Sequence record: PX104378.1
DNA: 64,000 nt
Direction: 5' to 3' (one strand)
Source: a phage
Under the pieces are notes generated by a model, which was not told where the DNA came from, did not search any database, and was given only the letters and a program-made list of their open reading frames with translations. Every line of letters starts with the position of its first letter. Positions within the stretch are counted from its first letter, which is position 1. Positions 12,108 through 21,329 of this stretch are shown one piece after another. A program made the translations under genes and the position numbers.

Positions 12108-13040
12108 ATGACCGATATTAAAGCAAAGATCAGTAAGTTGCAAAATGAGTTTGTTCAAGGTGAAATTACACATTTCACTGGTAATGAGTCTAATGCTCTA
12201 ATGGAAAGTGATGTTGAAAGAATTTCAAATTCAATAAACACTCAGTTAATTGATCCTGTAATTGATTTTGTTATTGCGTGTGATGACGTAATATCAGAAA
12301 CAGCAAGTTCGGCACACCGAACGGCAGAAGTCGCAAAAAATACGGCTGATGTTGCGGATCGAACGGCAGGGCAATCCATGAGCAAAGCAACTGATGCACT
12401 GACTAAAGCGACTACCGCAGAATCGGAAGCAGCACGAGCACACAGCCGATTGGATGGTTTGAATATTCCACAATTACCAAACCTAGACAATCAAACATGG
12501 AATTGGCTATCACGTTCATTTGATAGTGTCAGTATTAAGCCAGCCGTAGGTGTGACTCTTGTCGATCCGGTAAGCGGAAAACCACACATCACATGGACAC
12601 CAATTAGACAAAACTTTGAAACTGGTCGATATTACGTGGAAGGGCGTTTTGAGGCTAGATTTAAGGTTATGCTTATGGACTGGACACAATCTTCACAAGG
12701 TGGTCATATTCATTATCTAGGCGGTGGTCAAAGTCTGGCGTCATTTAATGGACGAGTAGAACTATCTGGTTTGTCTAACGATGTAATGAAACCAACCAAC
12801 ATACAGGTCAATGCATATACGGCAAAAGATACTCAAGTAATTTTTGGTGCATGTGCTGACGCTGCGATCTCAAATTCTAATGAGATTAAATTAGCGTTCA
12901 TGGTTGATATTGGGTCGGATCGATTTGATAGATTTACAGATCCGGTTTATGTCGACCTTGTTATGACATTCCAGCGTGACGCTAGCGGTAATTTTGGTTT
13001 TGGTACGCTGTTCCCTGAATTAACCCCAAATTCTCCATAA
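12108..13040 (+). CDS. Hypothetical structural protein, N-terminal coiled coil plus C-terminal beta-rich domain
   Basis: 310 aa ORF, ATG with SD; alanine/threonine-rich helical segment. Confidence 0.65.
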   Translation: MTDIKAKISKLQNEFVQGEITHFTGNESNALMESDVERISNSINTQLIDPVIDFVIACDDVISETASSAHRTAEVAKNTADVADRTAGQSMSKATDALTKATTAESEAARAHSRLDGLNIPQLPNLDNQTWNWLSRSFDSVSIKPAVGVTLVDPVSGKPHITWTPIRQNFETGRYYVEGRFEARFKVMLMDWTQSSQGGHIHYLGGGQSLASFNGRVELSGLSNDVMKPTNIQVNAYTAKDTQVIFGACADAAISNSNEIKLAFMVDIGSDRFDRFTDPVYVDLVMTFQRDASGNFGFGTLFPELTPNSP

Positions 13041-13050
13041 GGAGGAATGC

Positions 13051-13203
13051 ATGAGTAAGAAAGAAAACAGCTATGTTATGACTCGTAAGGAATACGACGA
13101 ATTGATGTTAGCATTAGCTTATGCAATTATTCGTTCTGATCATGCAATTAATCTGGTAAACAAAGTTAACCGTAGCGTTGATAATGTTTCTAGGAAGAAG
13201 TAA
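13051..13203 (+). CDS. Small hypothetical protein (50 aa), not in ORF table
   Basis: ATG preceded by strong SD AAGGAGG; translation MSKKENSYVMTRKEYDELMLALAYAIIRSDHAINLVNKVNRSVDNVSRKK; followed by intrinsic terminator. Confidence 0.55.
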   Translation: MSKKENSYVMTRKEYDELMLALAYAIIRSDHAINLVNKVNRSVDNVSRKK

Positions 13204-13211
13204 TTTTATTT

Positions 13212-13240
13212 GGGAATCCTTCGGGATTCCCTTTTCTTTT
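13212..13240 (+). terminator. Intrinsic terminator before gp24 late promoter
   Basis: GGGAATCC-TTCG-GGATTCCC hairpin followed by T-run. Confidence 0.7.
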
Positions 13241-13242
13241 TG

Positions 13243-13250
13243 TATAAATA
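13243..13250 (+). promoter_or_regulatory. Late promoter (TATAAATA) for gp24
   Basis: Exact TATAAATA between terminator and gp24 ATG. Confidence 0.65.
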
Positions 13251-13287
13251 TGATATATCCATTAAGGCAAATACAGGATTCATAAAC

Positions 13288-14529
13288 ATGACTCATATTT
13301 TTACTGAACTGTTGCGGGAATCTACTTCCTCAGTAGCTAACCAGACAGCGCGACCGCAACTATTATCATTAACTCGCGCGGTAAACAACCTGATTTTCTC
13401 TGATCTGGTAGCAATCCAGCCAACGGATCAACCAGTATCTGCATTGTACGGCCTACGTTATCTTAATCATGATGGTCAGATGACTTTCCGAACTGCTGCA
13501 ACCTACGGTGGCGCGGTTGGTGATCGCACAGAGATCGAAGAGTTTTCAAAAGAAAAATCTTATGAAGAAGGCGCACTGTTCAAATCAGGCGATGTTGTAT
13601 ACGAAGTTGTGACCGCTGGTACAGTCGGTGAAGATGCCGCAACTCCAGAAGCTGCGATCTTTAAAGGCGTAATGACAAACAAAATTCGTTTCTATAGCGA
13701 TTGTGCATCGGTAGAATACTTTGAAGATAAAAACACCGAAATTGCGTCTACCTCTATGCAGTTTGACAAGTGGCAAGTTAATGTAGGTTCTCGTAAACTG
13801 AAAACCTCTTTCACCACTGAATTAATGCAGGATCTTGAAGCAAGCCAAATCAACTCTGAAAACTCTGTAATTGATCTTCTGGCTACTGTCGCTTCCGAAG
13901 AGATCAACAAAGATATTATACAGAAGTTGATCACTGTATCATCTCGCTATAAAATTAAAGGGATCACCCCTGATGGCGTACTTTCTCTCGTTAGCGTTCA
14001 GGATGCACCAAAACAAGCTCGCGAACTTTACCGCTATGCTTGCGAAATGAGCAATCAAATGTTGCGGACTTCCTCCTTTGCTGGCACATACGTTTTGGCG
14101 TCTTCTCGCGTGGTTGGCCTCCTGCAATCCACCGGATGGATGGAAGAAACCGACAACGCTCTAAGCGAAGGTCGTCTACGTTGCGGTCTGGAAGTGTATG
14201 CAGACACTGTAACACCTTTCGATTATATGCTCGTTGGTTGTAAGCACATGATCGGTGATATGGAGAGTGTAGGTTCTCTGTTCTACTCCCCATACACAGA
14301 AGCCGATGGTGCTGGCGCGTATAAGAGCGTAATTGACCCTAATAGTTTCCAACATCATGTGGCTATTATGAATCGTTATTCACTCTCTGTCAACCCATAC
14401 ACATCAAAAGTTGATCAGGAAGCACACCAGATCATCAAGGGTGACGATTGGGGTAAAATGGCTGGACGTTCAGAAATGTCCTACATTTTAGGAATCGAAC
14501 TGCCACCGCTTGAGATTGACAACGCTTAA
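13288..14529 (+). CDS. 24: Capsid vertex protein (gp24-like)
   Basis: Start trimmed to ATG (MTHIF) downstream of terminator and TATAAATA; N-terminus colinear with T4 gp24 as recalled (ELLRESTxx ... IQPT.QPV). Confidence 0.92.
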   Translation: MTHIFTELLRESTSSVANQTARPQLLSLTRAVNNLIFSDLVAIQPTDQPVSALYGLRYLNHDGQMTFRTAATYGGAVGDRTEIEEFSKEKSYEEGALFKSGDVVYEVVTAGTVGEDAATPEAAIFKGVMTNKIRFYSDCASVEYFEDKNTEIASTSMQFDKWQVNVGSRKLKTSFTTELMQDLEASQINSENSVIDLLATVASEEINKDIIQKLITVSSRYKIKGITPDGVLSLVSVQDAPKQARELYRYACEMSNQMLRTSSFAGTYVLASSRVVGLLQSTGWMEETDNALSEGRLRCGLEVYADTVTPFDYMLVGCKHMIGDMESVGSLFYSPYTEADGAGAYKSVIDPNSFQHHVAIMNRYSLSVNPYTSKVDQEAHQIIKGDDWGKMAGRSEMSYILGIELPPLEIDNA

Positions 14530-15117
14530 CTAAATATCTAACCAAGACAAGTCAGATCCGCCCAAGATTTTTTCGACGGCGGATCTATTTTCTTGATGAT
14601 ATAAGTTAAAACATGGTATCCCATGTCTACGGGCAACATAAACAGCAATTCGAGTTCCTCCAGAAACAATCCCATTAACTTCTTTCGCCCAAAATAACAC
14701 ACAATCTACAGGATCATCAAGTGTCTCACCTAAGACTTGAGCAACATTTCTAGAAAACAGATTTTGCATGTATAACGGTATAGAACGAGGATTATCATAA
14801 ACGTGTTCTAATTCATCCATCGCCAGATCTTTTTGTTCTAAGGTTTGCCATGCGATCACATCATGACCGTTATGCTTGTGGTCATAAAACTTCCAATTTG
14901 GAATGAAGATTTTTCTATAATCTGGATCGTAATACTTCATGAAAGCATTGTCCATACCGTAAGCCCCTCCAGAATGCGCTACAACGCGATTTTCTGACAA
15001 TACCCTCCCAATGGTACTAGCCATTATCAAAATGTCGCTAGGCGCTTTTCTAGAGCCTATTAAAGCACATCTACGAAGTGGTTTTACTCCAAATAGATCT
15101 TGTAACTGGTCAAACAT
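14530..15117 (-). CDS. Rossmann-fold DprA/Smf/LOG-like (SLOG superfamily-like) protein
   Basis: 195 aa; GSRKAPS ... VVAHSGGAYGMDNAF resembles the DprA/SLOG nucleotide-binding motif; family assignment from motif only. Confidence 0.55.
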   Translation of the reverse strand: MFDQLQDLFGVKPLRRCALIGSRKAPSDILIMASTIGRVLSENRVVAHSGGAYGMDNAFMKYYDPDYRKIFIPNWKFYDHKHNGHDVIAWQTLEQKDLAMDELEHVYDNPRSIPLYMQNLFSRNVAQVLGETLDDPVDCVLFWAKEVNGIVSGGTRIAVYVARRHGIPCFNLYHQENRSAVEKILGGSDLSWLDI

Positions 15118-15500
15118 AATATTTCCTCCATAGAAAGCAATATCATACTACAAGTTAATAACAAATACAAGTATCCGCGTAGCGGAAGCGAGCACAGCGA
15201 GCAATAAAACACTTCCAGTAATTGATTAATAAATGTTCGAAACAAATTTTTATTATTCTATAAGATAAGTCTTCGTTTTGATCATAATTTAATCATACAT
15301 GTAAAAACTACACAAAAGGATATCGCTTCGCGAACTCCTACGGAGTATAACATTTGTGTTACAATATGTATTGATTAATAATTAATCAAAGATACATTTT
15401 CTATGTTCTAAAGATCTTTCTTCGTTTTGATCATAATTTAATCAAACAGTATTAATATTGTGCACATGTAAACTAAAATTATGTCAATAATAGATACGAA

Positions 15501-15528
15501 AAAGCCGCCCCAAAGGACGGCTAATGTT
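15501..15528 (-). terminator. Intrinsic terminator after 15531..15968
   Basis: Minus-strand hairpin GCCGTCC-TTTG-GGGCGGC followed by T-run. Confidence 0.6.
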
Positions 15529-15530
15529 AA

Positions 15531-15968
15531 TTATTTGTTGATAACGATCTGATTTCGGCGAATGGTAACATTACTCTTAGGGATGATCAGATCATCCGGC
15601 ACTACGTTAGTTTTGTATGGCTGGAAGCGAACAAGCATCTGATTGCGTTTAGATCCTTCCTTAATCTTGATTTCCATCTGGATATTGTTGCCTACGTGAG
15701 CAACCGCAATTTCACCTTTATTCTCATAGACCCACTTGCTGGTAACGTCGCCAGCGAAAGCCTTAATAACTTGCAATGCTTCGTCGTATGCGGTAGAGCT
15801 GTGAACGTTCAGAAGACCAGCCGTCGCCAGACGTGAGCAAGTGATCGCCGGAGATTGCCAAACATCAACATTAATTTGCTCAATCAGAGTAACACCGCCC
15901 TGATCAACTGCTTTGAATGCTTCGAACATTGCTTTTTTCATTGCTACGTGGTTTTTACGGAATTTCAT
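15531..15968 (-). CDS. Hypothetical protein
   Basis: 145 aa ORF; ATG with SD AGGTGA; intrinsic terminator downstream. Confidence 0.6.
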   Translation of the reverse strand: MKFRKNHVAMKKAMFEAFKAVDQGGVTLIEQINVDVWQSPAITCSRLATAGLLNVHSSTAYDEALQVIKAFAGDVTSKWVYENKGEIAVAHVGNNIQMEIKIKEGSKRNQMLVRFQPYKTNVVPDDLIIPKSNVTIRRNQIVINK

Positions 15969-16014
15969 AATTAGTCACCTCTATTGATTAGTTATTCAGA
16001 ATATTAATTACAAA

Positions 16015-16290
16015 TTAGGACATTGCCCGTTTGAATGCGTCCATTATAACAGTGTTATTTGGCTTGTCAACACGTTTTTGAACTTTATTTTTAAATTTTT
16101 TGTTGATGTGGTGTTTACGATAAACAACCTTTTCACGGTTGGCGTAAGCCTCTCGTGCATCTTTTACCATCAACCATGCCTTAGCCGCATCTTGTCCGCT
16201 GATCCCGCCAATCTTTTTAGCAATATCAACAAAATTAAGACCGTGGTCTTCGCGTAGCATGTAAACCATTAACGCTGTTTTCTTGTCCAT
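16015..16290 (-). CDS. Hypothetical basic protein, possible helix-turn-helix
   Basis: Start trimmed to ATG (MDKKTAL); its ATG overlaps the stop of the upstream 65-aa gene by 1 nt. Confidence 0.5.
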   Translation of the reverse strand: MDKKTALMVYMLREDHGLNFVDIAKKIGGISGQDAAKAWLMVKDAREAYANREKVVYRKHHINKKFKNKVQKRVDKPNNTVIMDAFKRAMS

Positions 16291-16487
16291 CACTTCGCCC
16301 CATTGACGATTAACAGGATAGTGATCAGTACCGGAAACTGGATCATGACAGTACCAATAAACCGGATAAACGCATTTTCTGACTTCCACACATGACATGC
16401 GACTAGCTGATAGACCATTGTTGCAACCAAAGCCAGAAAATACATCTCGATTGGTGCTTCTTTGATCAATCGTACAATCTCATTCAT
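16290..16487 (-). CDS. Small membrane protein (two hydrophobic segments)
   Basis: 65 aa; ATG with SD GAGGTGA; downstream of a TTGACA/TATAAT promoter. Confidence 0.55.
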   Translation of the reverse strand: MNEIVRLIKEAPIEMYFLALVATMVYQLVACHVWKSENAFIRFIGTVMIQFPVLITILLIVNGAK

Positions 16488-16607
16488 ACTTCACCTCATA
16501 CATTCATAAACACAACAACGAATAGGACAGTAACAGTTATTAAAGCCATTTTCAACCCCATATTCATAATATTTTCCTCATACGGTAACACCCTGTTGTT
16601 GTGTGCC

Positions 16608-16635
16608 ATTATAAGCCACTAAATCACACTGTCAA
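16608..16635 (-). promoter_or_regulatory. Sigma70-like early promoter (TTGACA-N16-TATAAT)
   Basis: Minus strand TTGACA ... TATAAT upstream of the 16290..16487 gene; coords +/-2. Confidence 0.5.
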
Positions 16636-16644
16636 GCACTAAAA

Positions 16645-16672
16645 ACAAAAAAGCCACCCCGAAGGATGGCTG
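16645..16672 (-). terminator. Intrinsic terminator after hoc
   Basis: Minus-strand hairpin GCCATCC-TTCG-GGGTGGC followed by TTTTTTG. Confidence 0.55.
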
Positions 16673-16682
16673 ATAGATTTCA

Positions 16683-17909
16683 TTAAGCAGGAGGCGTTTC
16701 ACGAATGCGTAGAACTCTCTCTAACGTCTCTCGGTCCAGCTTGTGGAACTCTTTGGACTGATACATGAAACCATTGCGAGATTCCATGCAAGTGCAATCA
16801 CTATATTTTTCTTCCGCTGCCGCGATTGTCTCCAGATCTTTGGCGTACTTGCTGGTTGAATAAACTTCTCGGTGACGCCACTCTAAACCAGCCTCATTGA
16901 ATTTAACAATCTCGTCAAATACCCACCATCCAATATAGATGAATGAAGTTTTGCGCCACGGGATCGGGTGCACGTAACGGAACATTTTATGAAGAGATTC
17001 AACAACTTCCATTGAACACTTTCTGCTTGTACGTGCTGCAAGTTCTACTGTTGCGTCTTCGATCTGTTGATATAGTTTAGCAACACACCAGAATTTGGCT
17101 GTATCATCGTAAGTAGCACGCTCTTTGAACAGATGACCGTCTGGCATGATAGAAAATCCTTCCAGTGCTTCTCCGACCTCACTACCGATTAGAGTCGGTG
17201 ACGGTTGCCCTTCGCGCTGCAAATACCAGTTATGTTTGATCGACAATTTAGGCATACCGCTAGAATCGCCTACAATGTCCTCTGACACAACATAATTAAG
17301 TAAGATCTCCTTACCTAGTGCTACGGTCTTTGATTCCACCACATCCTGTTCTACGCTCATTGTTGCCAGCATGATTTTAGTTGATGCGCTATCGGCTGAA
17401 TCTTCCGATTCGCCCCATACTTTGACAGTATACACGCCGTTGTTATCTGCTGTAAATTCTTGGATCGTGATATCCTGTGTCGTGTCTATAACTTCTTCGC
17501 CCTTGCTCCAGCTATAGTGCAATTCATAGTTGTCTGCTGGAGTCTTCCCACCAGAAAATTTTACTGTTGCATGTAATTCTACGTCTGTTTGTGTTGGTAC
17601 GTAGAATTGCGGCGGTTCGGTGATCTTAACGATTAATTCAGCTTCTTCCATACGGAAAACGTCAGATTCTACAGATTCCCCGCTATCGGTATCTTGTACA
17701 GTGACTTTATAGTTACCCGCATTTTCACTTGTTGCACCTGCTACGGTTAGCGTAGCTGTGTTATTTTCGTGTGGTTTGTTGTCTTTTGTCCATGTATAGG
17801 TCAAATTGCTGGGTAATGGTTCGTCACCTGCTATAGTCGCTGTTAAGGTGAAACCATCTCCAGCAAGAAAACATCTTTTGTTAGATTTAATTGATACTGT
17901 GAAAGCCAT
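16683..17909 (-). CDS. hoc: Hoc-like outer capsid protein, Ig-like repeats plus capsid-binding C-terminal domain
   Basis: Start set at MAFTV (T4 Hoc begins M.FTV); C-terminal YVHPIPWRKTSFIYIGWWVFDEI matches T4 Hoc capsid-binding region as recalled. Confidence 0.85.
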   Translation of the reverse strand: MAFTVSIKSNKRCFLAGDGFTLTATIAGDEPLPSNLTYTWTKDNKPHENNTATLTVAGATSENAGNYKVTVQDTDSGESVESDVFRMEEAELIVKITEPPQFYVPTQTDVELHATVKFSGGKTPADNYELHYSWSKGEEVIDTTQDITIQEFTADNNGVYTVKVWGESEDSADSASTKIMLATMSVEQDVVESKTVALGKEILLNYVVSEDIVGDSSGMPKLSIKHNWYLQREGQPSPTLIGSEVGEALEGFSIMPDGHLFKERATYDDTAKFWCVAKLYQQIEDATVELAARTSRKCSMEVVESLHKMFRYVHPIPWRKTSFIYIGWWVFDEIVKFNEAGLEWRHREVYSTSKYAKDLETIAAAEEKYSDCTCMESRNGFMYQSKEFHKLDRETLERVLRIRETPPA

Positions 17910-17922
17910 ATAAAGCCACTCC

Positions 17923-17948
17923 ATAGAAAAGCCGACCCGAAGGTCGGC
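17923..17948 (-). terminator. Intrinsic terminator after the large Hoc paralog
   Basis: Minus-strand hairpin GCCGACC-TTCG-GGTCGGC followed by T-run. Confidence 0.6.
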
Positions 17949-17958
17949 ATTTAATTAA

Positions 17959-20499
17959 TTAAAATAGTTGAGTACCATCGACCAGATAACCATTACGAGA
18001 TTCCAATACATGAGTATTAGAATAGTGATGCAACGAGGCTGCAATAGTCTCGATCTCGTCTGGGTATTTGGTGTGTTCAAAGTCTTCTAACCAGTTAAGC
18101 CCTTCGCGGTTGCAACGATCAATTTCATCAAGTACCCAATAGCCTTGATACTGGAACGAAGTACGACGCCACGGAATCGGGTGTACATAGCGTTTTAATT
18201 TCGCGGTAGTAAACACCACACGAACTTTTTCACTATGTTTAACATGTCCTTCGTCGTCAGTAATTTCTGCATAATAGGTTGCTTGATGTGCATTCTTGCT
18301 AATTCGATCTTGCGGGATAGTATATACCCTATCATTAGCACCTTCAATAACAGTATCCTTACCGCCCTGAATTTTATGCCATTTCCATTGAACTTCTTTT
18401 TCATCATCAACGTGTTCGGCATGAGCTTCTAAGGTAATATCCTGTTTCTGCCCTTCTTTAGCAACCACATCCACCGGATGTTTCAGAATATTGATATTTG
18501 AATGATGAGTCATTGTCACTAATGCAGGATTAGATTCAATGGTATTCTCACCAGCCGTAATTACCGCTGTGTAGCTGCCTACGTCAGACGGTTTTGCGTG
18601 TTCAATGATCAATACATCTGAATTTGCGCCAGGAATAATCTCACCGTCTTTTTTCCATTGATATGATGGTTTAATACCAATAGATGTTTGTGCGGCAGCG
18701 TGTAACATAATTTTTTCATTATATTTCACATGCGCATCTTGTGGGTGAGTTGTGACCTCTAGGTCATTTGGAACAACCGTCACATCGTCGGAGATCAGCA
18801 CACGAACAGCATCCGACATTTTAGAAACTCGATGTTCACCGAATCCAGCCGATACACGGCATGTATAAACGCCAGTAGATGTTAATTGTGCATGGTCTTC
18901 GCCATATACGTTTCGTTGTTCAATTCCTGCCGGGAAAAGATCCACACCATCTTTAAACCAACGGTAGCGAACTGGCAAAGCATCATTAGACGTTGCTGTG
19001 ATGGTCAGCGCCCACTGTCCACCTGAACGAACTTTAACTGCTTTCGGTTGCACAGTGATTTCAAGATTTGCTCTTGAGTTGTCTACCGTCACCTGAACTT
19101 CGTTAGATTCCTTAGAAATACGATGATTCTGTATACCCATAGAAACCTTACATTTATAACGTCCTTCGTCAGATTTGGCGATTGAAGAGAAATGTAATGT
19201 TTTCGAAGTTTTTCCTGGTAACAATTCATCGTCTTTATACCACTGATAATCAAGTTTATAATGCTCATAGGTAGTTTCTGCCTCACAAATTAAAGTTTGT
19301 GAAGAACTAACGCGAACGTTATTGATTGCTTGTGGTTGTTTTGTGATTCTAATTTCAGGAGCGGCACCAACTAAAAGATCGGCCTCGTCCGATTCCGCAA
19401 CCTGATTATCACCGTAAGTCACCTTAGCCTTATATTTCGCCTGACTTAAATCTTGCGTGGCAGGGACAATGTGAAGATCTTTATTAGTTGCGCCAACAAT
19501 TGGTTTAAATTCATCTTCACCATTTTTCTTGATGTACCATTGAACTTTTACCGGTTCGTAGTTGGTTGCAAAATCAACACTGAACAAACCTAAAGCACCC
19601 GCACCCACATTTAACGGTTGTGGTTGTTTAGTGAAGCGGAAAAACGCTCGTCCTTGTATTGTAACATGACAATCTTTTGAATAGATCGTAGTTTCTGCTT
19701 GACGAACTTCAAGACGCCAGACACCCTCATCTTTTTTTGTAACATGCGGTATAATCAGTGCGGTCCCGTCTTGATCCAGTACCATCCTGTCATTATGAAT
19801 CCACACGTAAGACAATGGTCGCGTTTTGTCGTCGGTTGTGACAGACACTTCAAGATCCAATCGCGTGTCCTCTGCCACTGTAACCGCTGATGGGTAATGT
19901 TCCTGAATATGAACTTTAGGAGCATCTTTATTTTGTTCCACTACTACCGGACTGATCCAATAGTGAGAACGTGCATCATCGGTAACAAATACCTTACAAG
20001 TATAGTTACCAAAATCCTCATAACCAACTCGATCTACATGGACATTTTTTTCTCTAACTTTATTAGGATCTAACTGAATATGGTTTTTATACCAAATAGT
20101 ATCAAACTCTTTATCATCTTCGATGAACGGAGTAACAAAAATATCCAATTCTTCGCCTAAACGCTTATAAATGTAGGTAGGAGATTGATCATGTGGTGCA
20201 AGGAAGGTGCGACGTTCAACAAGAATAGGCTTAATATCAACCGATTCAAGCGGATTATCTTTCAGCTTAACTTTCGCTGTATATGTTCCGAATTGATCTT
20301 GAGTCATTTCAGCAATATACAGAGATTGATCTGGTTCTGCAACCTGATCTGATGGTACGCTTTGACCGTTTAGCTTCCATTCTACGATATAGTCTTTAAA
20401 ATCTGCGGTACTTACTACGAGCTTAAGAACAAGTTCATGTCCTACAGACGCGTAGACCGGACCCATAGTTTGATGTAAAATATTGATTTTATCAGACAT
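17959..20499 (-). CDS. Large Hoc paralog (846 aa) with about eight Ig-like repeats and Hoc capsid-binding C-terminus
   Basis: Repeated ~90-aa units with W..Y/C-x-A motifs; C-terminus YVHPIPWRRTSFQYQGYWVLDEI paralogous to adjacent hoc. Confidence 0.8.
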   Translation of the reverse strand: MSDKINILHQTMGPVYASVGHELVLKLVVSTADFKDYIVEWKLNGQSVPSDQVAEPDQSLYIAEMTQDQFGTYTAKVKLKDNPLESVDIKPILVERRTFLAPHDQSPTYIYKRLGEELDIFVTPFIEDDKEFDTIWYKNHIQLDPNKVREKNVHVDRVGYEDFGNYTCKVFVTDDARSHYWISPVVVEQNKDAPKVHIQEHYPSAVTVAEDTRLDLEVSVTTDDKTRPLSYVWIHNDRMVLDQDGTALIIPHVTKKDEGVWRLEVRQAETTIYSKDCHVTIQGRAFFRFTKQPQPLNVGAGALGLFSVDFATNYEPVKVQWYIKKNGEDEFKPIVGATNKDLHIVPATQDLSQAKYKAKVTYGDNQVAESDEADLLVGAAPEIRITKQPQAINNVRVSSSQTLICEAETTYEHYKLDYQWYKDDELLPGKTSKTLHFSSIAKSDEGRYKCKVSMGIQNHRISKESNEVQVTVDNSRANLEITVQPKAVKVRSGGQWALTITATSNDALPVRYRWFKDGVDLFPAGIEQRNVYGEDHAQLTSTGVYTCRVSAGFGEHRVSKMSDAVRVLISDDVTVVPNDLEVTTHPQDAHVKYNEKIMLHAAAQTSIGIKPSYQWKKDGEIIPGANSDVLIIEHAKPSDVGSYTAVITAGENTIESNPALVTMTHHSNINILKHPVDVVAKEGQKQDITLEAHAEHVDDEKEVQWKWHKIQGGKDTVIEGANDRVYTIPQDRISKNAHQATYYAEITDDEGHVKHSEKVRVVFTTAKLKRYVHPIPWRRTSFQYQGYWVLDEIDRCNREGLNWLEDFEHTKYPDEIETIAASLHHYSNTHVLESRNGYLVDGTQLF

Positions 20500-20577
20500 G
20501 TAATATCCTCTTTTTTAATTGCATAACGGAACTACAATTAAAAACATAACAAATATTTCACAACTTTTACACTCTTA

Positions 20578-21303
20578 TTATTTAAGAGTGTGGAATTGGC
20601 TGTGTTTAGTCTCTCTCACCTTGACAGACCCATCGCGTTTGATATAATAGATCAGTGACTTGAGGGTGTCGTGTACATACGCGTGCGGGAAACGCTCTGG
20701 GTACTTCTTCCAATCTGGGGTATTAACGATCCAGTCGAAAATCCACCACGGGCAGGAGTAGTAACCACGACCGCCACCGATCAAGCAAATGGTCGGACGG
20801 AAACCAGTAAGATCACAAAATGAATCAGTGTCATGTGCTGGGGAACGATGCTCTGCTTCGTCAGAGAAAATGTTGGCTACCGGAGATTCCACTTTAACTT
20901 CCGGTGCTTCTTCAACATCTGACTTAACTTCTTCGACCACTGATTCAACTGCCGGAGATTCTTCTTTTGTTTCTTCAATGACGATCTCAGGTTCTTTCAT
21001 TGCTTCAACCAGAGACGGATCAACTTCGTCGAATACCACTTTATCATCTGCGGTATCTGCTGCCAGAATAAGATCGTTAATACTGGTTCCTTCTGCCGGA
21101 GTTTCTTCTTCCATTTCGGAAGCCAGTTTAGTTAATTCGGTTTCTACGAACTCGATCATGTTCTCTAGTGATAGCGTCTTTTTGACCTTGATATCAAATT
21201 GTTTTGCGTAGTCAGCTAATTCTGTTTTAGCTGTTTTCTGTGCTTCTTTGTCGTCGGACGCCGCAATAGCGCGGAGTTCTTCGAAATATTCTTTATCAAA
21301 CAT
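20578..21303 (-). CDS. Acidic hypothetical protein (position of T4 inh region)
   Basis: 241 aa; E-rich central region, Cys/Trp-rich C-terminus; ATG with SD AGGAGA. Confidence 0.6.
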   Translation of the reverse strand: MFDKEYFEELRAIAASDDKEAQKTAKTELADYAKQFDIKVKKTLSLENMIEFVETELTKLASEMEEETPAEGTSINDLILAADTADDKVVFDEVDPSLVEAMKEPEIVIEETKEESPAVESVVEEVKSDVEEAPEVKVESPVANIFSDEAEHRSPAHDTDSFCDLTGFRPTICLIGGGRGYYSCPWWIFDWIVNTPDWKKYPERFPHAYVHDTLKSLIYYIKRDGSVKVRETKHSQFHTLK

Positions 21304-21329
21304 GTTATTCTCCTGATTGGGGGTGTTTG

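Noticed and set aside
13210-13287. Longer table start for gp24 (13210) and similar over-extended starts (10336, 16398, 21359, 24270, 39214, 41053, 45215, 46832, 57691, 58362, 59412, 40664)
   Set aside because: The ORF track translates TTG/GTG as M or extends into terminators/promoters; the first ATG with an SD, and alignment to T4 N-termini where known, support the shorter starts used here.
15118-15530. tRNA or other structured RNA gene in the long intergenic region
   Set aside because: Could not find a convincing acceptor stem/anticodon arm arrangement by eye; needs a covariance-model scan, so left as a finding about the repeats only.
20578-21303. Naming 20578..21303 as inh (prohead protease inhibitor)
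   Set aside because: Assignment would rest on position alone; I could not recall Inh sequence features to confirm, so it is left as an acidic hypothetical protein.
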